From a virus: a stretch of 64,000 nucleotides of DNA. Each line of letters begins with the position of its first letter. Within the stretch, counting starts at the first letter, position 1. The position numbers and the translations under genes are program-made. Where the stretch lies: positions 1 through 64,000 of the IMG/VR virus record IMGVR_UViG_3300029915_000016; one strand, 5' to 3'. The notes under the pieces are model-generated. The model was given only the letters and a program-made list of their open reading frames with translations, searched no databases and was not told where the DNA came from. Of this stretch, positions 40,760 through 50,038 are shown in pieces.

Positions 40760-41017
40760 TCAGATACGCATAAGGTTTCGGATAGGATTAGGAGACGGTT
40801 TCCACCATTTACTATCCCACGGCCATTCCCAACGAGATGGTTCATCTTTAGGAGCATAATCAACCCCTGTTGCTACTTGAGCGGAAGCAACGCGAGTATA
40901 AGAAATAGCTGCTCTTGCTAGTGTTGTATCCTTATGCTTATCATCATGTTCTGGAGTCCATTTCTCAACATCGATTTGACGTTTCCTCTCTGCTGCGATT
41001 AGCTCTATTCCGTTCAT
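40760..41017 (-). CDS. conserved phage protein, probably C-terminally truncated
   Basis: IAAERKRQI...EHDD.H...WPW...WWKP motif. Confidence 0.6.
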   Translation of the reverse strand: MNGIELIAAERKRQIDVEKWTPEHDDKHKDTTLARAAISYTRVASAQVATGVDYAPKDEPSRWEWPWDSKWWKPSPNPIRNLMRI

Positions 41018-41439
41018 CGTTTCTCCTTCTGGCTTTCAGACACCTGTACTCCATCAAACTTAAACCACCTGTTGAACTCGTACATCTCAGCCTCTCTAAT
41101 CGTTCCGCCGATGATTTCTCGGATAATATCCTCTGGTTTCATTACTTCAAAATGGTAGCGTGAGAAACTTCTGTAGTATCGAAACGTAGTCCTTTTCCGA
41201 ACCGTTTTTCCGATTGAGATAGCTAAACGTTCTCTCGCTCCAGACACCGTAGAGTTCTCAAGGCAAACAGGATCAAACGCAGCGTTCTCTGACTCGTATC
41301 CCTCATAAGTACAGATCACTGAAATCATGTCCGATATGAGATCTTCGTGCAGACGTATCTTCCAACCGGGTTTGTACAATATTCTCTTGAGAAAATCGCT
41401 AACAGTATTCACGGATTGTGAGGAAAAAAGAGGAGGCAT
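41014..41439 (-). CDS. hypothetical protein
   Basis: Coupled ORF with YKPGW motif. Confidence 0.65.
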   Translation of the reverse strand: MPPLFSSQSVNTVSDFLKRILYKPGWKIRLHEDLISDMISVICTYEGYESENAAFDPVCLENSTVSGARERLAISIGKTVRKRTTFRYYRSFSRYHFEVMKPEDIIREIIGGTIREAEMYEFNRWFKFDGVQVSESQKEKR

Positions 41440-42230
41440 TACTTGTCCTTGTTTTCTTCTGGGAGCAACACCTTATCGTACAGCCCGGCATCCTCTTCAG
41501 ATTGAGCAATCCGGTTTATCGCATCAATCTTCGCATCAGGATACCGTTTCTTGGCCTCTTCGATGGTCATCTCTTGCACGATTTCTGCATCGTAAGGACC
41601 GAATAAGTGACGATGAAGCATATAAACCTGCATAGCGTCCTGTTCGGTTGGTGGAACTCCGCGATGCACACCAGTATTGTCAACGTATCCACCGGGTAGT
41701 GGACGATAGGCATACGGATCAAGTGGCTTAAATTCCAATGTTTTCATCGCAAGACGCATAGCGTGATCCCCCAATGTACACACGTCCTTAATCTTGAAGT
41801 AACCTCCGTCCTCTGGCTTCGCTGCCCACGACGATAAGATAAACGTCGTCACCTTACAAATTGGGCAGTACATCGCAATAGGCCACCCCTGCTCTGGTGG
41901 AGTGATGGATGCGATGTGGATTCCTGTTGTCGCCTCATGGATTCGATCAAGAAGATCATTGCTGACAAAGAAGTGATCGTATGTGTTCTTATTGGCCATA
42001 CTCCATTCGATAGGAGGTTGCTTAGGAACATCAGCAAGAAGAGCATCTAAGTCATTCTTCATCTTCGTCAATTGGTCGATGGTCAACGGTTCGGAGTTGG
42101 CTGCTGTAGGACGGTAAGGAGTCGTGTTTATGGGTGTACCAGACAAACCGGAAAAGATTTCCTTTTCAAACTCTTCTTTCAGTTTGGCAGACAGGTCATC
42201 AAGTTCCTTGGGAGTGAGATCGTCGCTCAT
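41439..42230 (-). CDS. hypothetical protein
   Basis: GGAG RBS; 263 aa. Confidence 0.65.
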   Translation of the reverse strand: MSDDLTPKELDDLSAKLKEEFEKEIFSGLSGTPINTTPYRPTAANSEPLTIDQLTKMKNDLDALLADVPKQPPIEWSMANKNTYDHFFVSNDLLDRIHEATTGIHIASITPPEQGWPIAMYCPICKVTTFILSSWAAKPEDGGYFKIKDVCTLGDHAMRLAMKTLEFKPLDPYAYRPLPGGYVDNTGVHRGVPPTEQDAMQVYMLHRHLFGPYDAEIVQEMTIEEAKKRYPDAKIDAINRIAQSEEDAGLYDKVLLPEENKDK

Positions 42231-42551
42231 AGCTTTTTCTCCTTTACCTTCCATACCCAACGGAAGCACGCCGATATGCCTCGATGACTTTATCGTTCAC
42301 TTCTGGATTATCTGTCAACAAGTCCTTAATGTGCTCAAGAGTTACATATCTTGGGCGGGAATAATATGATCCGTTTTGATCAGACCATTGTGTTCTTCTT
42401 CCCGTTCCGCTACACGATGAACATGTGACAGCAGCCGATCTTCCATCGAAGGTTGGACCGCAGTCGTTGAAACCGGAACCATCGCAACTTTAGCACATGG
42501 CAACATATTCTCTCACTTTAAGTTTCTGCAACAAGATGTCATCAGGATTAG

Positions 42552-42788
42552 TCATTTCTCATCCTTTTCTGTACTCCAGTGAACAAACTTCAGAGTTGAA
42601 TTAGGAGGAATAGACTTCATAGACTCCATCTGTTCTTTGGTTACTTCTCCAATCTCAGATAAATGAATCATCGATCCGCACTGCCTAGCCTTGCAAATCA
42701 TAACGTGCATATCAGGAAAGGATGGATCGAACCCCAACTCCTTACCGATTATCTTTTGTATTTCAGTTGGCTTAAACTTTTCCATCAA
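42552..42788 (-). CDS. hypothetical protein
   Basis: AGGAG RBS; part of minus-strand operon. Confidence 0.55.
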   Translation of the reverse strand: MMEKFKPTEIQKIIGKELGFDPSFPDMHVMICKARQCGSMIHLSEIGEVTKEQMESMKSIPPNSTLKFVHWSTEKDEK

Positions 42789-43095
42789 CTTTCTCCTTTT
42801 CTTGATACATAAAAGGAACGACTGTAGAGGTCATTGCTTTTAGATTCATGGTATCAAAGTGCAACTCTTCAATGTGCCGAGTCCTAGTCAGCAATTCCTC
42901 TTCCACTTTCTCGCAAAACTCGACAAACAGTGACGGCCAATCCATTCCTGATCCTTTGATGAAACGATCTACCTCATAGCGCATAGAACCGAACTTCCAC
43001 GTTAGGAAAGCCTCAGCGCGTCGATAGTTCTCTCTGCGTTGGGACTCTTTGAAGTCCTGTTGCATCATCCACATAGTCTCTTTGTTGTCGTTCAT
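42772..43095 (-). CDS. hypothetical protein
   Basis: GAGGAG RBS; coupled. Confidence 0.6.
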   Translation of the reverse strand: MNDNKETMWMMQQDFKESQRRENYRRAEAFLTWKFGSMRYEVDRFIKGSGMDWPSLFVEFCEKVEEELLTRTRHIEELHFDTMNLKAMTSTVVPFMYQEKEKVDGKV

Positions 43096-43364
43096 GCCTC
43101 TCCTCGTATTCCCGCCGCATCAATCAATAACCGAGCAGCTAGTTTCTCAAGATCGTTCAATTCATCGACTCCTGCGGCTTGCAGGAGGAGTCTTTTCTTT
43201 AGACACATCACAGCCGCCAATACCTCATCGTTATCGGGATACAATACTGGTCGTAAAGCGCAAATCTTTAGCGGTCCTTTTAACTCAAATGCCGCAATAA
43301 GGTCATCGATAATTACGGAATCAAATGCCATTGTGTCTCCTACCGGATGTGAAAATCCATACAC
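43092..43364 (-). CDS. hypothetical protein
   Basis: Coupled ORF; start uncertain. Confidence 0.5.
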   Translation of the reverse strand: MYGFSHPVGDTMAFDSVIIDDLIAAFELKGPLKICALRPVLYPDNDEVLAAVMCLKKRLLLQAAGVDELNDLEKLAARLLIDAAGIRGEA

Positions 43365-43765
43365 TCAGAAGTTCCTACCCCGCCAAGGAACTCCATCGTC
43401 TCAAACGTCATCGAGTTTCGTTCAACTACCCAAGGCCACACATCATCCGTAACCCAACACTGTGGCCGTCCATCAGCGCATCCATCACGAACTCTATCCA
43501 GCGTTAGGACGATAGGTTTCTCGTCATCGGGAAACATGTGTCGATACTGATACTCGATCTCTTTGGCCATTATATGATTACCTGTCACGATGTAGCAGAA
43601 TCCAGAACAGTATTCGTGAACAAATCCCAAAAGAGCTAAAGTTTTTCCTGTCCTACGGTCACGATGAACCACCACACCTTTGCCTAGTTCGGCTTTGATG
43701 GAGTTGATAGACTCAGCAAGCGTGGACAATCCAACGCTACGAGGTTTTAGCTTAATATCGGTCAT
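43340..43765 (-). CDS. small P-loop-like protein
   Basis: RRTGKT and WVTDD Walker-like motifs. Confidence 0.5.
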   Translation of the reverse strand: MTDIKLKPRSVGLSTLAESINSIKAELGKGVVVHRDRRTGKTLALLGFVHEYCSGFCYIVTGNHIMAKEIEYQYRHMFPDDEKPIVLTLDRVRDGCADGRPQCWVTDDVWPWVVERNSMTFETMEFLGGVGTSECMDFHIR

Positions 43766-43923
43766 CTCACCCAACTCAGAAACAGAATGTACCCCACAGC
43801 CAAAGTGAAGAGAGACGATCTGAAAAAATCTCCCCAACCGTATGTAAATGACGAGTTTTCAAACCACTCAAGAGCGATAAAACATACGACTACAAACGTC
43901 GCTAGGATATGTAAGAGCATCAT

Positions 43924-44577
43924 TTACAGCCATCCTCTCTCGCTGTTGATACCGATTGTATCGCCAGCAATGCCAACATCTCCGGGACCGGGATCGTCTT
44001 CCATCATGTCTTCTGGTATGCCTCCTATTGCGCCACCCATGCCAGCGGCGATAGGACGCGAAGGACCATCATTCGTGGTAAGGGTAGGGCGCACCATCTG
44101 CTGTAGTGGTTGAGTAGACTGTAGGGGCATGGATTCAGTCTCTATGGTTCCTCCTAGCGCCCTGATGGTCTTGATTAGGCGTGGCATCTTGGAGGTTAGA
44201 CGTGCAACCATCTCTTCGTGATAGGCAAGGGCTTCTGCGGCTTCCTCGTAGTCTTTATTAGCGATTTCCAGAGCCTTTCCATAGACCTTTGAGACAGGCT
44301 TTTCTTTGAGGGCACGCATCCTACCTTTTTCGGCAGGAGTAGGCTCTGCTGGAATGACAGGAATAGGATCTATTTCAACGACAGGAACAAGTTCGGTAGT
44401 AGGAGACGGTAGCGATGTTTCTCCTGTCTGTGAGTTGACGTATGTTATTGTTGTGTTCTCAGCTTTCTTTTTATCCCATCGTGCTCGTGCTCCTGCTTTT
44501 GCAATGGCGCTTCTTTGCTCTTTCGAGAGCTTTGCCCTTCTCGCATTGCCGCCTCTTGATCCTTTTTTCTCAATCAT
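43924..44577 (-). CDS. hypothetical protein with basic N-terminal motif
   Basis: GSRGGNARRAKLSKEQRSAIAKAGARARW. Confidence 0.7.
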   Translation of the reverse strand: MIEKKGSRGGNARRAKLSKEQRSAIAKAGARARWDKKKAENTTITYVNSQTGETSLPSPTTELVPVVEIDPIPVIPAEPTPAEKGRMRALKEKPVSKVYGKALEIANKDYEEAAEALAYHEEMVARLTSKMPRLIKTIRALGGTIETESMPLQSTQPLQQMVRPTLTTNDGPSRPIAAGMGGAIGGIPEDMMEDDPGPGDVGIAGDTIGINSERGWL

Positions 44578-45122
44578 TTTGTGTCCTTTATTGACTTCAA
44601 TTCGCGGTGTAATGAGCAGATGATTTCTCTATTATGAAGGCATCCATAGCAAAGTGTAGGACTACCGGGCTTGGCACGGCAAGTGTCACACTCCACAAAA
44701 GACTCTTCCTTCTTTTTATTAAAAGAGGGGTTCCTGAACACACCCGGAGAAGAGTGGATGTCGCAATTTCCATCGCCATCATTGTCGCGCTCACATAATT
44801 TTAGAGGATCAGGAACGTTGGTTGTATATATCTTTCCACCAGACCATACGCCGATAGGAATAGTCGTACCAGCTCTCCAGACCACAGTACCGTCCTTGTG
44901 TTCAGGAGTGACGCGAAACATGCGGCGAACATCTTCAATCGCCACGTTGTATCCAGCCTGCCACGAGTTCGTATTTGAGTTGTGATGTCTCTTTAATTCT
45001 CCGTCTAGCCACTTGAGAGCCGCTTCAAGCATAGCTTCGACGGCAGGCATTGCAAACGAGGCGGGACAGTATTCATAAGCAGCCGACAACATTCCGTCTG
45101 GTACATTCATTTTATCGTCCAT
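44574..45122 (-). CDS. hypothetical protein
   Basis: AGGAG RBS; Cys motifs at C-terminus. Confidence 0.6.
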   Translation of the reverse strand: MDDKMNVPDGMLSAAYEYCPASFAMPAVEAMLEAALKWLDGELKRHHNSNTNSWQAGYNVAIEDVRRMFRVTPEHKDGTVVWRAGTTIPIGVWSGGKIYTTNVPDPLKLCERDNDGDGNCDIHSSPGVFRNPSFNKKKEESFVECDTCRAKPGSPTLCYGCLHNREIICSLHRELKSIKDTK

Positions 45123-45235
45123 CTTTTTCTCCTGATTCCAAACTCTACGCTTGCTTGCGACAATATGCAAGCATAAAAAGTAAGAAAGTTTGCACATCCA
45201 CCAAACAGGTGTATTCTATCGGCAGAGGACCACAA

Positions 45236-45445
45236 ATGGAATCTCCAGACGCTCTTTCAATCGCCTTCCAAGTGGCTGAGGAATCGGCCACACTCGTTAA
45301 ACTACTCGTTATTGGCGTGCGTGCCAACGGATCTGTGCTTATATTAGACAGCGGTCTATCGTTAGACGAAGCTCAGAAGATGGGCAAGGATTTGGGCCTC
45401 TGGGTGGGTGGGCAACTGGAAAAAGAATTTCTCAAAACCTCTTGA
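45236..45445 (+). CDS. hypothetical protein
   Basis: GAGGA RBS. Confidence 0.55.
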   Translation: MESPDALSIAFQVAEESATLVKLLVIGVRANGSVLILDSGLSLDEAQKMGKDLGLWVGGQLEKEFLKTS

Positions 45446-45694
45446 CAAATGCAAACTCTGCGCCTATGGTATGCGAATGGAGTGCAAGCATGAGAATGCA
45501 CGAGAGAGAAATTCCCGTACAAAAAGCGCATAACGATATGGCTATAGTGGTCACGGAGGCCATTGGACGGCATCCGGGTCTGACCTATTTGGAACTTCTT
45601 GCCATACTAAACCAAGTGGCCGCATCGTGGATTAAGATAGCTATTCGGGATGAAAGAAATACTAACGAAGCAATACAACCGGGAGGAGAAAGAT

Positions 45695-45958
45695 ATGTCG
45701 AAAAGCAATAACCATAGCATGACATCAAAAGGAGTAGGATTTAGCGAATTGTTAACCGTGTTGTTTATCGGCCTCAAGTTGGGACACGTTATTAACTGGA
45801 GTTGGTGGTGGGTGCTATGTCCATTGTGGATTGGCGCTGCTTTCATCTTTGCGATCCTTGCGCTTGTGTTCGTCGTCGCTATTCTTGTTAGCTCCGACAA
45901 CAGAACGGAAAAGGAAGAGACGTTTGAGCCGCGTGCTGGAAAGACGCTGGGATTATGA
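45695..45958 (+). CDS. small membrane protein
   Basis: GGAGGAG RBS; LFIGLKLGHVINWSWWWVLCPLW motif. Confidence 0.75.
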   Translation: MSKSNNHSMTSKGVGFSELLTVLFIGLKLGHVINWSWWWVLCPLWIGAAFIFAILALVFVVAILVSSDNRTEKEETFEPRAGKTLGL

Positions 45959-46257
45959 CACGAGAAGATCATCTCTTGGTAATTATCGCTGAAGAGTGCG
46001 TTGAGATTGCCAAGAATGCGACTAAGGCTCTCAGATTTGGTCTGGACGATTGTGAACCGGGACAGCCTGACACCAACGGAAGACGCATCTGCTTAGAGTG
46101 CGCTGATTTACAAGCGGTGTTGGAAATGCTTGCTGAGTCGAATTGTTTATTCCAACTCACAGGTAATAGCATAGACATGAAGCGCGCTATGGATGCGAAG
46201 AAGGTAAAGGTGGAGAAGTTTTTGAGGTATTCATCAGAACGAGGAAGGTTGGACTAA
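45955..46257 (+). CDS. MazG-like NTP pyrophosphohydrolase
   Basis: AEECVEI..ATKALRFG...ECADL (EExxE...ExxD). Confidence 0.65.
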   Translation: MTREDHLLVIIAEECVEIAKNATKALRFGLDDCEPGQPDTNGRRICLECADLQAVLEMLAESNCLFQLTGNSIDMKRAMDAKKVKVEKFLRYSSERGRLD

Positions 46258-46511
46258 TGAGCAAGCCGCATGAATACTACATCTTTACCACCGCTCACGG
46301 AGGCTGTGATGAAGCGTTGTTTTGGAGGCCAGAAGAAGCCGGATACACGCGATTCCTAGCGGCAGCAGGACGATACTCTAAAGAAGAATCCGATGCAATT
46401 TGTAAGATGAGAGGACAGGACTTCGCTATTCCATGTGAAATTGCAGAGGAACGTGCTATGAGGATGGTTCCGTGGGATTCGGTACAGGAGTTTGTGAAGG
46501 AGGCGAAATGA
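46257..46511 (+). CDS. hypothetical protein
   Basis: FWRP...GYT.....AGRYS motif; TAATG coupling. Confidence 0.65.
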   Translation: MSKPHEYYIFTTAHGGCDEALFWRPEEAGYTRFLAAAGRYSKEESDAICKMRGQDFAIPCEIAEERAMRMVPWDSVQEFVKEAK

Positions 46512-46888
46512 GAGCAGATAAAATTAGGGAACAGAAACTAGAAGGAGCGGGAGGAGTTAATTATTCTGCACACTACGAAAGGGATTGCGCTATATTTTTG
46601 AGAGAACTTGCAGCGCAAGCGGCTGAATTGAACGATAAACTGAAGATCATACTCAATCCTCCTCTCATATACGACACGAAAACGATTGATCCTAGTGATA
46701 TGATGGGATTTTCTGACGATCTTCCTCATCCAATATTTACCATGAATGAGCCACGAGCTACGCTCCGTGACCAGTTTGCTATGGCTGCTCTGACTGGACT
46801 ACTGTCCGATCCTACTAGCTCAGGACCAAAAGGATGTGCGGAAGCTGCGTACTCCTACGCTGATGCCATGATGGAGAGAAGAAAGTGA
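46508..46888 (+). CDS. hypothetical phage protein
   Basis: TLRDQFAMAALTGLL...AYSYADAMM motif. Confidence 0.7.
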   Translation: MRADKIREQKLEGAGGVNYSAHYERDCAIFLRELAAQAAELNDKLKIILNPPLIYDTKTIDPSDMMGFSDDLPHPIFTMNEPRATLRDQFAMAALTGLLSDPTSSGPKGCAEAAYSYADAMMERRK

Positions 46889-47235
46889 CCGTCAAGAAGA
46901 TCAAGCCACGCTATCCCTGCCCTCTTTGTGACTCTGAAATGAGTTTTGAGTTGACTATCAACGCGCACAGAGGATTCAATGATTACGTGGCAGTGAACGT
47001 GAAAGCGAGTTGCTCAAACGATAAGTGTCGGTACGAGGAGCGAACAAAGGGACACTCCAAAAACATGGAAACCGTAGAAAAGATGCGAGATGTAGTGGCA
47101 TCCTATCGCGGTGCGGAGATGTTCAAGCAGGGAAGATTTGAGGAAGGCAACATAGGAATCAATCGGCGTCGGCATACCGGCATAGGACACTTTGAACCCG
47201 TAACCGCAGAGGAAGTGAAAGGGAGGAAACGATGA
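46885..47235 (+). CDS. hypothetical Cys-containing protein
   Basis: CPLC...CSNDKC; coupled. Confidence 0.55.
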   Translation: MTVKKIKPRYPCPLCDSEMSFELTINAHRGFNDYVAVNVKASCSNDKCRYEERTKGHSKNMETVEKMRDVVASYRGAEMFKQGRFEEGNIGINRRRHTGIGHFEPVTAEEVKGRKR

Positions 47236-47510
47236 GCGCAGGAAAGCACAAGTATGATGGAATTAACCCGTTGAATAGGTTGCACGAAGGCGAACCGTGG
47301 TTTTTTGTTAGGGGACAGGATAGGCTAAGTGTTGATGCGGTAATCGAATACAGCCATCTCCTACGCCGTGAGGCAAACAAGGCGTCTCTACGAAATGATT
47401 ACGACCTGTCGGATTCTCTTTCCAAACAGGCCGCAGATGTGCTTGAGTTTGCTCAAGATTTCGTGGATTGGCAGAAAGAGAACAACGATCTGGTCAAGTA
47501 TCCAGACTAG
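47232..47510 (+). CDS. hypothetical phage protein
   Basis: EPWFFVRGQD...KYPD motif. Confidence 0.7.
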   Translation: MSAGKHKYDGINPLNRLHEGEPWFFVRGQDRLSVDAVIEYSHLLRREANKASLRNDYDLSDSLSKQAADVLEFAQDFVDWQKENNDLVKYPD

Positions 47511-47707
47511 CGGACTAACGGATGACCGAAACCACCCGATCCGATAAGAGGAACAAGAGCATAGATGAGCCAAATAAGGAAGATAACTCCAACAATTGCT
47601 GCTGCAATGTTTATCCATGGCTGAGGCGCTCCAAGTGTACGGGCAACGTAGAAAATCAACGCGACGATCAGCATGAACACAAGGATTGTAATCAGAAATC
47701 CGATCAT
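47507..47707 (-). CDS. small two-helix membrane protein
   Basis: GAGG RBS; two transmembrane segments. Confidence 0.6.
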   Translation of the reverse strand: MIGFLITILVFMLIVALIFYVARTLGAPQPWINIAAAIVGVIFLIWLIYALVPLIGSGGFGHPLVR

Positions 47708-47777
47708 GGGACACCTCACATCTCAGTAAACGACGTTTTTATCCTTTGCGATGTATCGGATTGAACAGGAGAGTGCA

Positions 47778-48659
47778 ATGAAAAACAGACGATGGGGCGA
47801 TAACGACAAGTATTGGGGTCCGTTTACATACGCGCATTCGGATAAAGAATACAATCCTTTCGCGGTTATACTTGGATCTGGAGACGAGGAGCATCCGGGG
47901 TGCTATCTCAGGCTTGGTGCATTCCATAGGACGCTGATCTGTTCGCTCCCGCCGATCATTCCACCGTATCGCAGGAAGGTAGTTGCGAAGTTTTGGAACG
48001 AGGATGACATTAAGCGTCTAGGACGCAACTGGTACTACGACGTTCATGAGCGTGAGTACGGATTCTCCTATGCCGCGAGTGGATGTATCGGAGATGGTGG
48101 ATTTCTGCAAGTCTTTCTTGGCCGTCAGACGCACGACAGCAGCAACGAACAGCGGTGGTCATGCTTCACGCCATGGAATAAATGGAATAACTGGCGTCAT
48201 GTGAGGAATAGTTATTACGGTTTGTATGGAGAGTTTTTTGCATCCGAACCACAGCATCGTATCGACTTCACTACGAAGGCAGGAAACGACAAGTACGCGG
48301 AGTGGACGGCGATTGTGGATGCTTGCCCTACGTTTACGTTCGCATTCAATGACTTTGACGGTGAGTTGCTAACCGCCAAAACTCGTATCGAGGAGCGCCA
48401 GTGGGAACTTGGAACTGGATGGTTTAAGTGGCTATCTAATTTCCATAAGCCAATCATTCACCGTTCGCTTGATATTCAATTCTCAGGCGAAACCGGAAAG
48501 CGCAAAGGATCATGGAAGGGTGGCACGGTAGGACATTCTATCGAGATGCTACCCGGAGAACTGCACGAGTCGGCGTTTAAGAGATACTGCAAAGAGCACG
48601 ATATGGTATTCCTTGGCAGGAGCGGAATAGGAGCATTTGACAATTCCCGTAGTGTGTGA
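47778..48659 (+). CDS. hypothetical protein
   Basis: AGGAG RBS; Trp-rich; FSGETGKRKGSWKGG. Confidence 0.7.
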   Translation: MKNRRWGDNDKYWGPFTYAHSDKEYNPFAVILGSGDEEHPGCYLRLGAFHRTLICSLPPIIPPYRRKVVAKFWNEDDIKRLGRNWYYDVHEREYGFSYAASGCIGDGGFLQVFLGRQTHDSSNEQRWSCFTPWNKWNNWRHVRNSYYGLYGEFFASEPQHRIDFTTKAGNDKYAEWTAIVDACPTFTFAFNDFDGELLTAKTRIEERQWELGTGWFKWLSNFHKPIIHRSLDIQFSGETGKRKGSWKGGTVGHSIEMLPGELHESAFKRYCKEHDMVFLGRSGIGAFDNSRSV

Positions 48660-48672
48660 GAGGATTTACCTC

Positions 48673-48744
48673 ATGAAGAACTTGTGCTTATCTCTATCGT
48701 CTTATTGCTCACTCAGTCTGAGTGGACGAGAGGCTATGGGATAA
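48673..48744 (+). CDS. leader peptide 1 (Leu/Ser/Cys/Tyr sensor) of tRNA operon A
   Basis: MKNLCLSLSSYCSLSLSGREAMG; TTGACA at 48637; codons match the downstream tRNAs. Confidence 0.8.
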   Translation: MKNLCLSLSSYCSLSLSGREAMG

Positions 48745-48768
48745 GTCCAAGTTTAGGATTTGTACCAC

Positions 48769-48797
48769 GAGCCTCCAGAAATGGGGGCTTTTGTTTT
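48769..48797 (+). terminator. attenuator terminator of tRNA operon A
   Basis: GAGCCTCCA-GAAA-TGGGGGCTT followed by TTGTTTT. Confidence 0.8.
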
Positions 48798-48799
48798 GT

Positions 48800-48878
48800 G
48801 GGAGAGTACGCCAACGGAAGAGCGTTTGGACTTAAAATCCAAAGGATATGACGGGTTCAAATCCCTCCTCTCCTACCA
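48800..48878 (+). tRNA. trnL: tRNA-Leu(TAA), short variable region
   Basis: Cloverleaf; TTGGA-CT-TAA-AA-TCCAA; CCA. Confidence 0.85.
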
Positions 48879-48880
48879 TT

Positions 48881-48953
48881 GTGCCGTAAGCGAAGGACGA
48901 GCATCCGATCTGCAAAATCGGAGAACAGGGTTAAAGTCCCTGACGGCACTCCA
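48881..48953 (+). tRNA. trnC: tRNA-Cys(GCA)
   Basis: CCGAT-CT-GCA-AA-ATCGG; U73-CCA. Confidence 0.85.
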
Positions 48954-48965
48954 AGTTTAAGATGT

Positions 48966-49051
48966 GCGCGTGTAGCAAAACGGCAAAGCGCAAGGTTTAG
49001 GCCCTTGAGGTGGAAACACCATTGGGAGTTCGAGTCTCCCCACGCGCACCA
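48966..49051 (+). tRNA. trnL: tRNA-Leu(TAG)
   Basis: CAAGG-TT-TAG-GC-CCTTG; long variable arm; CCA. Confidence 0.9.
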
Positions 49052-49064
49052 GATTTTAGAAGTA

Positions 49065-49142
49065 CCTCGCATGGCGAAATGGAAGAGCGGCGCTCTCAAA
49101 AAGCGTGTCATATTCCCGGTTCGAGTCCGGGTGCGAGGACCA
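49065..49142 (+). tRNA. trnL: tRNA-Leu(CAA), short variable region
   Basis: GCGCT-CT-CAA-AA-AGCGT; CCA. Confidence 0.85.
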
Positions 49143-49143
49143 C

Positions 49144-49232
49144 GGAGAAGTGCCAGAACGGTAAATGGGCCGCACTGCTAATGCGGTGGTCCTGAAAAGG
49201 CCACGTGGGGTCAGCACCCACCTTCTCCGCCA
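49144..49232 (+). tRNA. trnS: tRNA-Ser(GCT)
   Basis: CCGCA-CT-GCT-AA-TGCGG; long variable arm; G73-CCA. Confidence 0.85.
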
Positions 49233-49239
49233 TGTTTAC

Positions 49240-49330
49240 GGAAGGATGAGCGGAATTGGTATCGCACTCGCTTGGAAAGCGAGCTTATGTCGAAAGGCAT
49301 ATGCAGGTTCGAGTCCTGTTCCTTCCGCCA
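49240..49330 (+). tRNA. trnS: tRNA-Ser(GGA)
   Basis: CTCGC-TT-GGA-AA-GCGAG; long variable arm. Confidence 0.9.
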
Positions 49331-49334
49331 GTTT

Positions 49335-49425
49335 GGTATACGCCGTCAACGGTGAGACAATCCGCCTCGAAAACGGATGGGGTGTCAGAGATGGCACAGG
49401 AGTTCAATTCTCTCGTATACCGCCA
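49335..49425 (+). tRNA. trnS: tRNA-Ser(CGA)
   Basis: Loop CT-CGA-AA; long variable arm; GCCA. Confidence 0.85.
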
Positions 49426-49430
49426 AGTTA

Positions 49431-49518
49431 GGCGAGTCCCGCAGACGGCTCTGCGAACGGCTTTGAATACCGTTGGCTCCTGAGAGGGATGGGGGATCGA
49501 CACCTCGACTCGCCGCCA
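49431..49518 (+). tRNA. trnS: tRNA-Ser(TGA)
   Basis: Loop TT-TGA-AT; long variable arm; GCCA. Confidence 0.8.
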
Positions 49519-49524
49519 TGTTGT

Positions 49525-49615
49525 GCGTTGGCTGTAGTGACGGTGGACTGCACCAGACTGTAAATCTGGATTCTCTTTGAGGACACTGGGGGTTCAAATC
49601 CCTCCCAACGCACCA
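49525..49615 (+). tRNA. trnY: tRNA-Tyr(GTA)
   Basis: CCAGA-CT-GTA-AA-TCTGG; long variable arm. Confidence 0.9.
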
Positions 49616-49618
49616 GTA

Positions 49619-50038
49619 TTAAATATCCGAGTTGTACCAGCGAATCATCTTCCTAAATTCGCTTAATCTAATACAGATACAATGATTAATATATTGGCGA
49701 AGTGGAGAAATAATAACTACATCTGGCATCTTCTTCATTATCCATTTCCCTTTTACCTTGACTCCAATCCGGGTAACTATCTCTGCGCCATAGGAACCTA
49801 ACCTTAATCCATCATTAGGTTTTTTATCTGTTAAGGTGGTCATGTCAAACGTGCTGACAAAATCTACTGCTTTACGGAAGTCTTTGATCGGAATCGTCAC
49901 ATCAGAAAAGTATCCACGTACAGACACACGGAACCACATCCTTTTTCCGTCTGCCGTGACGCGAGCATCAAAACCCGGTGCTTCAAACACCGCTACGTTT
50001 ACATCCCAATTATTCCCGTTCAGATCGCGTGGTTTCAT
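49619..50038 (-). CDS. hypothetical protein
   Basis: 139 aa, internal repeat (I...FRK). Confidence 0.55.
   Translation of the reverse strand: MKPRDLNGNNWDVNVAVFEAPGFDARVTADGKRMWFRVSVRGYFSDVTIPIKDFRKAVDFVSTFDMTTLTDKKPNDGLRLGSYGAEIVTRIGVKVKGKWIMKKMPDVVIISPLRQYINHCICIRLSEFRKMIRWYNSDI

Noticed and set aside
48760-49613. Overlapping ORF-track calls across the tRNA clusters (also 54268-54842, 55578-56084, 61062-61509)
   Set aside because: They overlap well-formed tRNA genes.
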